Shown here: one piece after another, positions 1-13,156 of the stretch
How positions within the stretch are numbered: position 1 is the first letter of the stretch
Layout: every line of letters starts with the position of its first letter
Source: Chiloscyllium plagiosum
Taxonomy: Eukaryota
Reading direction: 5' to 3'
DNA: 64,000 bases
Assembly (NCBI RefSeq): GCF_004010195.1
Contig: NC_057720.1
Span: 22,071,635-22,135,634 of the forward strand
Made by a program: the position numbers and the translations under genes
The notes under the pieces: model-generated
The model's database searches: none
Told to the model about the DNA's origin: nothing
The model's input: only the letters and a program-made list of their open reading frames with translations

Positions 1-185
1 TACTCTATGCTACTCTATCCCCACCCCCATCCTCCTCTAGCTTATCTCTCCACGCTTCAGGCTCTCTGCCTTTATTCCTGATGAAGGGCTTTTGCCCGAA
101 ACGTCGATTTCGAAGCTCCTCGGATGCTGCCTGAACTGCTGTGCTCTCCCAACACTGCTGATCCAGAATGGGGTTTAGCACTGTG
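1..185 (+). mobile_element. Penelope-like element 3' end, family A
   Basis: Pyrimidine-rich tract, then a hammerhead core, then the gatgctgcctga.ctgctgtgct motif that recurs across the window. Same layout as 30608-30970, which retains GIY-YIG C-terminal codons. Confidence 0.75.
78..105 (+). ncRNA. Minimal hammerhead ribozyme motif, family A (best-preserved copy)
   Basis: CTGATGA-A-GGGC-TTTT-GCCC-GAAA-CGTC: both catalytic boxes, perfect 4-bp stem II, GUC triplet, palindromic ACGT in place of stem III. Stem I is weak. Confidence 0.7.
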
Positions 186-326
186 TCACTGTCACTAAAC
201 CAACATCTCTCCACTGGAGAGCAAATGGAGGTGTCCCACAAAGTGGTTACTCAGAGGCTCAACAGGAAGGTACATTTTAAAAGAGATAAAAGCTTTCCTC
301 AGGAGTTCAGCGTTCTTCATTTTTTT

Positions 327-3300
327 GGCAGCAGTGGAGTGGGAGGAGCGGGAGTGCTGGGTAAGTGAGGCTTTATATTTGGCTGGTTGCTTTACCCGAA
401 ACACTACTTGGATAGTGTGTCCCATCCGTCCTCCTCCTCCAACGAAAAAAAAGGTTTTGTTGCACCGGATTGATAAGGTGACGAGTTTCTTTTTTTTTTA
501 GTTTTCAGTAGTCTTGTCAGGAATTTAGAATAGTGGGAATGGAGGTTAGCGGCAGATGAATGTTCCTCCTGCAGAATGTGGGAGGTAAGGGTCACCACCT
601 TGTATCTGTGTCCTTGTGTCCTTGTATCTGCGCAACGTGCACCCAACTCCAGCTCTTTGAAAACTGTGTTAGGGAACTGGAACTGGAGCTGGATGAATTT
701 TGGATCCTTTGGGATGCGGAGGAGGTTATTGAGAGGAGTTACAGGGAGGTAGTCACACCTCAGGTACAAGAAGAAGGTAGATGGGTTACTGTCAGGGGAT
801 GGAAAAGGAACCAGCAGGCAGAGCAGGGATCCCCTGTGGCCTTTGCCTCTCAACAAGTATACTGTTTTGGATACTGTTGAGGTGGAAAACTTACCAGGGG
901 TAAGCAATGGGGCACAGGTTTCTGGCACAGAGTCTGTCCTTGTTGCTCAGAAGGGAAAGGGGAAGAAGAGCAAGGCATTAGTCATTACGGACTTCAGATT
1001 TAGGGGGATAGATAGGAGGTTCTGTGGGAACGAGAGACTCACGGTTAGTGTGTTGCCTCCGAGGGGTCAGGGTTCGAGATGTCTCTGATCGTGGTTTTGG
1101 GATTCATAAGGGGGAGGGAGAGCAACCCCAAGTTGTGGTCTACATAGGCACCAATGACATAGGTAGGAAGAGAGATGGGGATTTAAGGCAAAAAATTCAG
1201 GGAGCCAGGGTTTGGATGGAAGCTTAGAGCTAGAACAAACAGAGTTGTTGTCTTTGGTTCATTGCCTGTGCCACATGCTAGCGAGGCGTGGAATAGGGAG
1301 AGAGAAGAGTTGAACACTTGGGTACAGGGATGGTGGAGGAGGGAGGGTTTTGGATTCCTGGATAATTTGGGCTCTTTCTGGAATAGGTGGGACCTCTACA
1401 AACAGGATGGTCTTCACCTGGACCAGAGGGGCACCAATATCCTGGGGGGGAGACTTGCTAATGCTCTTCTGGTGAGTTTAAACTAATTCGGCAGGGGGAT
1501 GGGAACTGAAATTGTTATTCAAGTAGACGGGAATTTGAGAGTAGTGAAGTCAGAACTAAGGTTTCAAGATTGCAAGAAGTTGGTTTGAAGTGTGTCTACT
1601 TCAACGCCAGGAGCATCCGGAATAAAGTGGGTGAACTTGCAGTATGGGTTGGTACCTGGGATTTCAATGTTGTGGCCATTTCAGAGGCATGGGTAGAGCA
1701 GGGACAGGACTGGTTATTGCAATATTTCAGGCAAAATGGTAAAAGAGGAGGTGGTGTGGCACTGTTAATCAAGGACAGCATTATGGTTGCAGAAAGGATG
1801 TGTGAGGACCCATCTACTGAGGTAGTATGGGCTGAGATTAGAAACAGGAAAGGAGAGGTCACCCTGTTGGGAATTTTCTATAGACCTCCAAATAGTTCAC
1901 AGATGTAGAGGATAGGATAGCAAAGATGATCCTCGATAGGAGTGAAAATGACAGGGTAGTTGTTGGGAGACTTTAACTTTCCAAATATTGACTGGGAATA
2001 CTATCGTTCAAGTACTTTATATAGGTCAGTCTGTGTCCAATGTGTGCAGGAGGGTATCCTGACACATTATGTAGACAGGCCAACAAGGGGTGAAGCCACA
2101 TTAGATTTGGTACTGGGTAATGAACCTGGCCAGCTGTTAGACTGAGTTAGGCGAGCACTTTGGTGCTAGTGACCATAATTCAGTTAGGTTTACTTTAGTG
2201 ATGGAAGGGGATGGGTATATACTGCAGAACAAGAGTTATAGCTAGGGGAAAGGCAATTACAATGAAATTAGGCAAGATTTAGGATGCATAGGATGGGGAA
2301 GGAAACTGCAGGGAAGGGGCATAGTTGAAATATGGAGCTTATTCAAGGACCAGCTATGGCATGTCCTTGATAAGTATGTACTGGTCAGGTAGGGAGGAAG
2401 TTGTCAAGTGCGGGTACTGTGATTTACTAAGGAAGTTGAATCTCTTGTCAAGAGGAAGAAGAAGGCTTATGTTAGGATGAGATGTTAAGATAAGAGCCAG
2501 GAGGGGACATGAGAAGTTGCTGGCAGATAGGATAAAGGAAAACCCTCAGGCTTTCTGTAGTTATATCAGGAATAAAAGAATAACTAAAGTAAGATTAGGG
2601 CCAAGCAAGCAAATTAGTGGGAAGTTGTGTGTGGAGTCAGAGGAGATAGGGGAAGTGCTAAGTGAATATTTTCATCAGTATTCACACTAGAAAAAGACAG
2701 TAGTTGAGGTGAATACTGAGATACAGGCTCCTAGCATGAGATGGGATTGAGGTGCATAAGGAGGAGGTGTTAACAATTCTGGAAAGTGTAAAAATAATTA
2801 AGTCCCTTGGGCCGGATAGGATTTGTCCTAGGATTCTCTGGGAGGAGATTGTCGAGCCTTTGGCATCATTGTCTACAGGAATAGTGCCAGAAGACTGGAG
2901 GATAGCAAATATTGTTCCCTTGTTTATGAAGGGAAGTAGAGAGAACCCTGGTAATTGTAGAACAGTGACCCTTACTTTGGTTGTGAGTAAAGTGTTGGAA
3001 AGGGTTATAAGAGATGGGATTTATAATCATCTGAAAAGGAATAAGTTGTTTAGGGATAGTCAACACGGTTTTCTGAAGGGTAGGTTGTGCCTCACAAACC
3101 TTGTCATGTTCCTTGAGAAGGTGACCAAACAGGTGGATGAGGGTAAAACAGCTGATATGGTGTACATGGATTTCAGTAAGGCAGTTGGTAAGGTTCCCCA
3201 GGGAACCTTATTTTATTGCATAAAATATGGAGGCATGGGATTGGGATCAGAAATTGGCTAGCCAAAAGAAGACAGAGGGTGGTTGTTGATGGTAAATATT

Positions 3301-4283
3301 CATCTTGGAGTTCAGTTACTTGTGGGGTACTGCAAGGATCTGTTTTGGGTCCATTGTTGTTTGTCATTTTTATAAATGACCTGGATGAGGGCATAGAAAG
3401 ATAGGTTAGTAAATTTGCTGATGACACTAAAGTCGGTAGAGATGTGGATAGTGACGAAGAATGTTCTAGGTTACAGAGGGACATAGCTGCAGAGCTGAGC
3501 TGAGAGGTGGCAGATGGAGTTTAATGCAGAAAAGTGTGAGGTGATTCACTTTGGAAGGAGTAACAGGAATGCAGAGTACTGGACTAATGGTAAGACTTTT
3601 GATAGTGTAGATGAGCAGAGAGATCTCGGTGTCCACGTACATAGATCCTTGAAAGTCGGCACCCAGGTTGATAGGGTTGTTAAGAAGGCATATGGTATTT
3701 TAGCTTTTATTGGTGGAGGAATTGAGTTTCGGAACCTTAAGATCATGCTGCAGCTTTGCAAAACATTGATGTGGCCACATTTAGACTATTGCTTACAGTT
3801 CCAGTCACCGCATTATAGGAAGCATGTGGAAGCTTTGGAAAGGGGTCAGAGGAGATTTACTAGGATTCTGTCTGGTATGGCGGGAAGATCTTACGAGAAA
3901 AGGCTGAGGGACTGGGGCTGTTTTCGTCTGAGAGATGAAGGTTGAGAGGTGACTTAATTGAGACATATAAGATAATTAGAGGGTTAGATGGATTGGACAG
4001 TGAGAGTCTTTTTCCTCAGATGGTGATAGCTTTAAATTGAGGAGTGATAGATATAGGACAGATGTCAGAGGCATTTCTTTACTCAGAGAGTAGTAGGGGC
4101 ATGGAATGCACTACCTGTAACAGTAGTAGACTTACCAAACTTAATGGCATTTAACTGGTCATTAGATAGACATAGGGAGAAGAATGGAATTGTATAGGTT
4201 AGATGGGCTTCAGATTGGTTCCACAGGTTGGTGCAACACTGGGGGCTGAATGGCTTGTACTGCGCTGTAATGTTCTAATGTTC
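327..4283 (+). mobile_element. Near full-length decayed CR1-type LINE
   Basis: ORF1 remnants: coiled coil LENCVRELELELDE and SGNH-esterase motifs VVVYIGTNDIG and DGLHL. ORF2 remnants: APE endonuclease (CVYFNARSIRNK, GDFNFP) and RT ([17 protein letters not shown]). Many stops and frameshifts; short-repeat 3' tail. Confidence 0.92.
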
Positions 4284-4299
4284 AGTCTGTGCTTGGAGA

Positions 4300-4545
4300 A
4301 CAAATTGTGAGCAGCAAGAATAATATTTTACTTTGAAAGAAGTACTAGCAAATCATTGCTTGAAAGGAGTATTTGGAGCCTTGGACGGTGGGTAGAAAGG
4401 AGTTAAAGGTTAAGTATTACATTTTTTGTGCTTTCCTGAAATGGTGTCATAGGAAGATGATGGGTGAGTCAAGGGTGACTGAAGATCAGGTCAGGATATG
4501 ACAGAAGGAATGGTCCCATCAGAAGGCATAAAGGTGAGGGGTTGG
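4300..4545 (-). mobile_element. Old Penelope-like coding remnant (RT-endonuclease linker)
   Basis: Minus-strand fragments AF*WDHSFCHIL and PTVQGSKYSFQ resemble the PLE linker AFRRDxSLRDxL...TIQGPKxxFQ; heavily decayed. Confidence 0.45.
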
Positions 4546-4837
4546 GAACATATTAGAGAATGAGGAAAATGTCCTATTGAATTTGAAGTCTGTGTGGATT
4601 GTTGAAATAATTAAGGATGATCCTAAATGATCTATGATTCTTAGGAAATTTGATGCTAAACACTTTCAACCTATTCTGAAATGCAGAGCAAAAAGTCAAT
4701 AGGCTGCTGATCTGTGCAGTCAAAGTATTAAACCATATCAAATGAGCAGATTTTATAATGCTCTGTGTAACCCCACCCCAAATACATTATTTGTTTCTGG
4801 CTGTCAAGATGCTTGCATACTGAAAGTAGTGCAGAGG

Positions 4838-5568
4838 CAGTGGCAGTGTGGAGCAACAGAGGGATCTGGGTGTGCAAGTACATAGATCCCTCAAAGGTAC
4901 CACCCAAGTGGATAGAGTTGTTAAGAAAGCATATGGTATTTTGGCTTTCATTAACAGGGGTATCAAGCTTAAGAGTCGCAAGGTTTTGCTGCAGCTCTAC
5001 AAGTCCCTGGTGAGACCACACTTGGAATATTGTGTCCACACTTGGAATATTCTGGTCACTCCACTATAGGAAAGGTACAGAGGCTTTGGAGAGGGTGCAA
5101 AGAAAGTTTACTAGGATGCTGCCTGGACTGGAGGGCTTGCCTTATGAAGAAAGGTTGAATAAACTCAGACTTTTCTCTTTGGAGAGAAGGAAGAAGAGAG
5201 GAGACCTGATCGAAGTATACAAAATAATGTGAGGAATAGATAGAGCCAATAGCCAGAGACTTTTCCCCAGGGCAGGATTGACTGGTACGAGAAGTCATAG
5301 TTTGAAGATATTAGGAGGAAGGTATAAAGGAGACATCAGAGGTAGATTCTTTATGCAGAGAATTGTGAATGCATGGAATGCATTGCCAGCTGAGGTGGTG
5401 GAAGCGAAGTCATTGGGGACATTTAAGCGACTGCTGGACATGCACATGAATAGCAGTGAGTTGAGGGGAGCATAGGTTAAGTTACTATATTTTACATTAG
5501 GATCAAGTCTCAGCAAAACATCATGGGCCTAAGGGCCTGTTCTATGCTGTACGTTTCTATGTTCGATG
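4838..5568 (+). mobile_element. 5'-truncated CR1 LINE
   Basis: QRDLGVQVH...LVRPHLEYCV...LERVQRKFTRM...FFMQRIVNAWNALP; (ttctatg)n-type tail. Confidence 0.9.
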
Positions 5569-8160
5569 TAAGTCTGAGCTGTGAGCAAAGTCTGGCAGAA
5601 TTTGGGCTGTTTCACCAAGAAAGGGGGAAATGGCAATGCCATTTCGGAGTGGTGTGAAAGATTTTGGGAACTGCAGCAAACTTAACTTGCATGTTATTTA
5701 TATCAAACAGGAGAACTAAATTTGTTCAGAAAATCATCACAATAACTCTGGTATGAAAATCAGAATTGCACAACAATTATTTAAGAAGAAACTGAGTGCT
5801 ATAAAAGGGTATTATTATGATGAGCTAGGAAGGGCTGAAAAACCATCCTCATGTGCAATTATCTCTGTAATCTTGTGAAGTGACATGTGTGGCAGATCTT
5901 TAAACTGCACTGCTCAATAGGACTTAATCTTGAACCTGAAGATGTATAGCATCAAACAGGACGTTTTATTACATTAACACTTCATTTTGAAACATTTCAT
6001 TTACTATTTCAGATTGTCTTTGGAATGTACTAATGCCTCCTCTACATTTCCAATTTCCAAAGCCATTGACTATCCATGTTCAAAACAATGAAAACACTTA
6101 ATTGAAAGCCATGCATTTCAGGAAAAATGGATTCAAATTATGATCCCTTATTTAAGAAAGTTTCATTCCTTTATTTTGCCTTTTAATTGTAATCATGTAA
6201 AAGAGTCTATCAAAAATGTCTTGTATCAGTTTTATGAATCATTAAAGCTGGAAAGAAGGCATCATTTCTTTGAAGATAATGTGATATTATTAATGAGCAT
6301 CCAAAACTTATTTTTATAATTAACACAAAAATTAGATTCAGGTGATGGTAAGGTGACACATTAAATGCCCTCAAACTAAACACTTCAAAAGACTCAAGCG
6401 ATGAAGCGGTCAGAATATGACTTCTAATTAGGCTGCAAAATCCAGCAAATATTTTAGCCTTCTGACCTTTAACTGAGGGAGAATGAAAGACTTCCTTTTA
6501 TAGGGTACCTCATCACATCTCTGAGAAACATTCTGAAGGGCTTCAGCTGAAATGCTTTTTCCAAGTGCAGTTACTGATGTCGAGACAAACACGACAACTC
6601 CTGTAAGACCCTACAATTGTGAATTAATGAATGCTTTGTGTGATGTCGGCTGAGCGAAGCAGTTTGGAAGAAAATCGTTTTTTTTTTGCTGTTTATCAAA
6701 ATGTAATTGTAATCCAACTGAAAATGTCCTAAGACTTCTGTGAAACCTTGCAAATAAAACATTAAACATTAAGAATTTTGCAGTGGAATATTAAACAGGA
6801 AGACATTTGTAATTCTTTAATGATGTCTCTTTGAGGCTCAGCAGTGGTTAATACACAGCAGTGGTTAATAATGACAAAGCAGATAAAATTTTCACATTGT
6901 TTTATAAATTTGCTTTTTTACCTTCAGCAAAGTATAACCAAATAGTATGAAGAAAGAATTGAAAGGCAAGAATTAGTAACTACTGATATGTTTACTAAAC
7001 AAATTAGTCAAAAAAGAAATACATAAAACAGCAATCATTTTTAAACTCTCTCATCTAATTGGATGGTCAAGGAAGGCAAATAGTAGTAGACAAAGATTGA
7101 GAATTAACAGAACTAGAATTGAAGTTTTAGTATTTCAATCTGAATTATTCCTCTTTGACTTGTTCCACCCTCTGAATAACATTGCCACATATTCCTTACT
7201 CTATTCCTTTTATGAAATGCAGTTAACTTCAAATTCAAATCTTAATGCAGGCCCTTTTTAATGGACTTGATTCTTGTCAGATTAATTCCAATTATAAAAT
7301 ATAAAGGAACAATTGTTGAAGCTCTGAATCAGCACAACATTGAGCCTCGAATAATGTGTATATGCTCAAAATGTGTTGAGTATCATCAAATTCGTTAGAT
7401 ACTACAATGAAAATTCTAAGGCCAGGAATTTCATTGGGACAGGAAGAGAGTTTGGATGCTGTTAGCCCTGATTACATCATCCTTCTCCAGAGCTGTTTTT
7501 TGGGAGAGTAGGATCAGGGTTAGATCAGTTTCTAAGCGATAGAGGCTAGAAGCAGCTGGAAAGCGAGGAGGCGTGCTCTCAAGGTCCCACACTCCCAATC
7601 CACCAGAGGTCACCTTGTGGAGGAAGTTTCCCTTCTGCGTTTATGGCCTGTAGCCATTTTCCTTTAGTTCAGATCTTTTCAAGGTACTTAGAAGGTGCCT
7701 CAAATTGAATATTCTTGCTTTCCCTTCCCTGCAATGGCAGGTTGCAACTGCTTCATGCATGAGAAGCTCCTACTGCCCCTCGGGTCTCAAAACAAAAATG
7801 CTGTCCTTAACTCGAAGCAAGTATGTACTCTGCCCACTCATTAACCAATCAATGTTGGGCAACTTCCTGATATCATGTGGGGTTAGGCTCTAATGTCAAT
7901 GTACTGAACCAAAATGAACAGCCCTTTCCCAAAGCTCTACTTTTATAAGTCTGTCACTTGATACTGTTTATACTGTTATTATGAGCACTGACAACAAAAA
8001 TATAGTTGTGCACATAAAAAACAGGACAACAGAAATTAATTATTAGAGATAAAATAGAAATTTCCATATTATACAATTTGCATAGACTGTGATGTATAAC
8101 AGCACATTTACCATCTCAAGGTAATTTACATGTAACTAAAAAATACTCTTCACTGAACAA

Positions 8161-8996
8161 TTTATTCTCTTTCAAATTTCTTTTCCTACTGACTTACAGT
8201 ATTGCTTTGAAAACTATGGTATTTATCAGATTAAATTAAAAGTTCAGTTTTCTCTAACAGCCTGAGAATTCAATTTTTCCAGTAATTGGTTTCATGATGG
8301 ATTTACAAAAATCTGGGATCTGATTCAATTTATGAGAATTAACATTATTGGCAGAAACCAGCAGATTCTATGGATCTAGGTGAGTTAAATGGAAACAGCA
8401 GGCACCAAAGGGATGCTCAAGGCAGATATCCTTATCAATATAATGGAATGGCACTTTGTATGCTGAAGAAATGTATGTCATGCTGAGAGATGAATGTAAA
8501 TTTTCGTCACATTACTTACTAGGCTGGAAATGTCTCTGTTCCTCTACATTAAATGTACTCCTTATTATATGAAATAACTCATAAAATAATAGAGGGTGCT
8601 CATTTATCATTCTCTGTTGCTAGTTTATAATAGAGATCCTCTAATACAGGTATAGTGAAACTGGCGCAATTGTTAGTTCAATGTAAATTATATATAAGGG
8701 TCTGCACATTGTAATCCAATTTTGTCACTGCCTTATTACATGCTTGACATTAAATGTATTACTTATTGATTATTAACACAGAACAGTTTTTTAAGTGTAA
8801 ATCCTTTTATTCAATTGCAGTTAGCTAATTGTAGAATGCAAGGTCGTGGCAACTTGGATTAGTAAGTAAAAATCAATACTTTGGAAATAACAGTAATTTA
8901 TCATGTTATAGAATGAATGGGTAAATCAATGCTTTTAGGTAGATATGGATGTTAAATCATGTTTCACTGCTGGACCATGTCAACTCAACAAACTTG
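8161..8996 (-). other. DPYD: Probable DPYD 3' UTR with candidate poly(A) signals
   Basis: AT-rich, TE-free sequence after the stop; minus-strand AATAAA at 8806-8811 and 8161-8166. True 3' end unknown. Confidence 0.5.
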
Positions 8997-9155
8997 TCAG
9001 ACAGCCAATGGAATACCTCTCTTTGGTTCATAAGGTGTTAAACGGGGAATCATTGCAATGCAATCAATGATGGGACAGACACTATAGCAAAGAGTGCAGC
9101 CTGTGCAGTCAGCAGTAACTTGAGGAAGATGTGTCTCAGGGTCAAAGGTTATGGC
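8997..9155 (-). CDS. DPYD: DPYD last coding exon (human exon 23 equivalent), C-terminal 4Fe-4S motif
   Basis: Minus strand ...ctctttacag|GCC ATA ACC... translates [52 protein letters not shown], matching human [52 protein letters not shown]. Has CxxCxxCxxxC and a phase-0 acceptor. Not in the ORF track. Confidence 0.97.
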   Translation of the reverse strand, partial: AITFDPETHLPQVTADCTGCTLCYSVCPIIDCIAMIPRLTPYEPKRGIPLAV

Positions 9156-10407
9156 CTGTAAAGAGAATGTTAAAAAAAATTAGGTAAATAAATTGAAATG
9201 GAAGCACAGAAAAACATAATACATTGCATTTATAAAGCAGCTTTAACATAAAAATATATCCGAAGGTGCTTCACAGAGGTGTAATTAGATAAAACAATGA
9301 ACAGTATTAATGAACCATACAATAGTGTTCATCTCTCATGTGAACTGTTGGCTATTTTGCTATTAATACTGATAAACTGTACAATGCATTTAAATGGAAT
9401 ATTTGAGAAGCAATGTACATCGGCACAAGCCAACTCTTTATTCGGCTAGCTTGATACGTGACCTTGCAAAAAAAAGAGCATTCATTTATTTGACTAGTTA
9501 CACTGTTGCCTACCTCAACTCATGAAACCACATCCAATTGAGTATCAGAACTAGAAATATTAATAAGATTGTTCCAAAGATGCAACAATGCCACTCTCTG
9601 GGAATTTAAAAAATGTTAGAGGAACATTACAAAAGGCAAGTAATATTAACTATTGCATCCACAGTCTGATTCTGTCCAAAGAAATTTAACTAATACTGCA
9701 GAACTGGTAAAGGACAAAATAACAAAGGATTATCAAATTTGAGTAATTTAAAATTATAGGAATACTCTAACTCTGAGAAGAATAGGAGTACAGCAATTTA
9801 ATCCGAAATTAATTTATTCAAGACTGTAAATTCTTTTCTATGAATGCTGGAACATTTCCTCATTCTTTCAATAAATAATAACTATTAGTTTTGCTGCATG
9901 TTAATAATTACCCTCAACTCACGAATGCTGCTCAGTATATGAGGCTGAAGTTAAAGTTATTTCTGCACTTTTATTTGGAGTGTTAAGCACTGCTTTTCTG
10001 ATCCTATCTTTATCGTGTAGTTGAATGCTAAACTGAAATTGCAGTAATAATTTTTTGCTTTATCTCAGCATCTCAATGGACAATACTTTTCACATATGTC
10101 ATGAATTGATACTTCATGATGATACTGCTATAATGAAATTCATAAGAACTGAGAGCAGGAGAAGGCAATTCAGCTCCTCAGCCTGCTCCGTCATTCAATA
10201 CAATTGTAGCTGATCTCATCTTGACCTCAACTCCATTTTCTGGCTGCTCTCTATAATCCTTCAACCCATTATTAATTAAAAATCTGTCCATCTCCTGCTT
10301 AAATCTCCTCAGTGTCCCAGCATCTACTGTGCTCTGGAGTAGTGAATTCCACAAGTTCACAAAACTTTGAGAGAAGTAATTTTTCTTCATTTCTGTTTTA
10401 AATCTGC

Positions 10408-11034
10408 TGTGATGGTCCTCTGCCTTTAAGAGAGATGGGTTCAGTCCTGTTTCTCTTGCACAGAGGTGTTGCCACAGTAGTGCTGGAATGTTGCCTTCAG
10501 ACAGGCAGTTGAGAAACAGCTTTTAAGTACTCCCTGTATTTTTTTAAATGAAACAAAAGACTCATGAGTGGCCAAAGTCAGGGCTCACACAGACCCAGGA
10601 AGGGTTTTAGTTTTGCTTTGCAGTTAATGAGAAGGTTTCTTGTTAAGTATTTCAACAGCCTTAAAGTTATCCCAGTCTTTCCTTTTGTTTATATTTTACC
10701 TGTGTAGTAAGAACAGAGTGTGTTTTGCTGAAAGCCTAGTGGTGGGTCAGTCACATGCAGCTTTTAAATAAATAAAGAAGTTAGGGTCTGGGGCTGTCTG
10801 TTTATCATACATGTAATTCTTTATAACACGTGTTTTGTTAATGCAAATTCGCTATAATACAATTGACGAATTGGGGACACTTTCTAAAGTGTGAACTTTT
10901 AAAACGTGCATTGATTGTAATGTAATTATAGTGCCGACACTTTAAGCACTGTTTCTAAAGCACGATTTTTCTGTAATGCGGGGTTGCACAAGAATTACCT
11001 GTATTTTGGGGGAGTTCGGGTCTAGTTCATAATA
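10408..11034 (+). mobile_element. Solo LTR (gypsy-like)
   Basis: Starts TGTGATGG and ends TCATAATA (decayed CA end); 4-bp TSD ctgc at 10404-10407 and 11035-11038; the host LINE rejoins across it. Confidence 0.65.
10808..11003. mobile_element. pogo/Tigger-like MITE
   Basis: TIRs ta-catgtaattct ... agaattacctg-ta with flanking TA; second copy at 41612-41830. Confidence 0.75.
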
Positions 11035-11336
11035 CTGCTACTCCTTATCTTAAAACTATGACCTCTCGCAGAGAGGGGAAGATACTCTGTATGTCTAGTT
11101 TGACAATTCCCTTTAGAATCTTACATACCTCATTTAGATCTACTCACACAAGAATTAAGGGCAAGAGTAGGCAATTCAGCCCTTCCAGTCTGCTGTGCCA
11201 TTTAAGACAATCCTGGCTAATCTCATTTCCCTAAGCTCTCGAGAGTATAAACTTAAGCTGCTCAAACTGTCTTCATTAGACAAATCCCTCACCTTTGGAA
11301 TCAATCTAGTCAATCTCCTCTGAACTAGTTCCAATG

Positions 11337-11464
11337 TTCCTGAAGAAGGGCTTATGCCCGAAATGTCGATTCTCCTGTTCCTTGGATGCTGCCTGACCTG
11401 CTGCGCTTTTCCAGCAACACATTTTCAGCTCTGATCTCCAGCATCTGCAGTCCTCACTTTCTCC
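11337..11464 (+). mobile_element. PLE family A 3' fragment with hammerhead motif (11340-11367)
   Basis: CTGAAGA-A-GGGC-TTAT-GCCC-GAAA-TGTC followed by the family A tail. Confidence 0.75.
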
Positions 11465-13156
11465 CCAGTGTAACTAGTCCCAACTCAAGTAAGGGGACCG
11501 AACCTGTACACACAATACTCCAGGTGTAGTTTCATTAATGCCATATACAATTGCAACAACACTTCCCTTACTTTTATACTGTATTCCTTTCGCAATAAAT
11601 ATCAACATTTAATTTGCCTTCCTTACTATCTGCTGTCCCTGCATTCTACTCTTCCGTAATTCATACATGAGGATATCCAGATCTCCCTACATTGAAGCAC
11701 TCTGAAGTTTCTCTCCATTTAGATAAAAAGTTGCCTTTCTACTCCTCTGACTAAAATTGATAATCTCACACTTATCCATGTTAAACTTCATCTGCCAGGT
11801 TTTGGCCCATTCAGCAAATCTATCTATGTTCACTTGCAAATTTCTTATTTCTTGATTGTAACTTATTGTCCCATTTATTTTAACAACTGGCTTTACAACT
11901 CTGTACCTCGCATTGAAGTCATTAGTGCTGATTGTAAATAGTTGGGGTATGAGGACCAAATCCTGTGACACCCCACAACTCTGATTTCTGTTGGTTAATC
12001 AATTCTCTATCTAAGCTAGTGAATTACCCTGATTCATCAATTTTCACTCAGTTTTGAATCTGGATTGTATGGTCTCAACATCCATGTCATTTCACTTCAG
12101 TTCTGAGCACAGTGGCACTGAAAATCATCACCAAACTGGCATACTAGCTGCATTCGTTTTAACAGAAGGGACAGCAAAGGGGGAAATTGAGAGGAATGGA
12201 CAATGTAGGGTATTGAACAGATGAAGTAGCAAAATATTGAAGGTTACAGGGAAAGTCGGGGATGTGGGAATTACAGTAGATGGCATCATTTTACGAACAA
12301 TGCCTTCCATCGTGTGGCAATTTATATGCAACTTCTGTTGCATTAGAAATTAAAATATAGTGCAGCTTTATTGTCATTCCAGAGTTACAGATATCAAAGC
12401 AGGATGTATAAAAATGATTTTGGTGAAGTTTTTTATTTGTCTTTGAGGGTATATACCTGCAATGCTAAGATGGGCAATTATTAAAATCAGTAACTTGCTT
12501 TGCACTGTGCCTGATTCTCTTTTCCATTGGAGTTACTGGGAAACAAAGCAGGCAGAATGGAAATGGGCTGTCAGTCACCTCTTGCACTCCCATCTGAACT
12601 GAATGTATACACTGTAGCTTTCACTTCAAAAGTAAAACTGACATTTCAGCCAATTACATGTAACTACAAAGCAGCTTCTGAATTTTAGTAACCAATGGTA
12701 AATGATATCCTGGACACTAACTGTTCCAAGCCCCAGAACTGAAATAACTGTGACAGATGTTCTGTACTGAGAGAATAGATGCTGGCATGTTGAATTCATG
12801 TCTGAGGTTCCACGCTGCTTTGTAGCATCTATGTTTCTCCGCATGGTTCAGTATTCTACCTTTCTCAGCTAGAATTGACAAATTACTTCATGTGAACTGT
12901 TGTCAGCCAACAATAGTGTGTGCAGCTTTGAACTCAGGAGGTGTCAGTCAGTTGGCACAATGCCACACAAATCCTGAAATACTTGAAGCGTCAGTTGATG
13001 GCAAGGGTCAGCCTTTAAGCATTTAACGCTTAAAGTATTGGTTTTAGAACATAAGAATTTAAGACGTACGAGTAAGAATAGCCATTTCCCAAGCCTGTTG
13101 CAGCATTCAGTAAGATGGTGGTGGAATATTTATATCCAGTTCACCTTCCCACCTGG

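Larger units (their letters stand above)
10141..12010 (-). mobile_element. Decayed CR1-type LINE hosting nested insertions
   Basis: Minus-strand FSQSFVNLWNSL (10178-10390) and WAKTWQMKFNMDKCEI (11687-11971); interrupted by an LTR and a PLE fragment. Confidence 0.75.

Noticed and set aside
8880..8965. Possible SECIS (AUGA...AAAA...UGAU) in the DPYD 3' UTR
   Set aside because: Helix II does not pair and spacing to the A-run is wrong.
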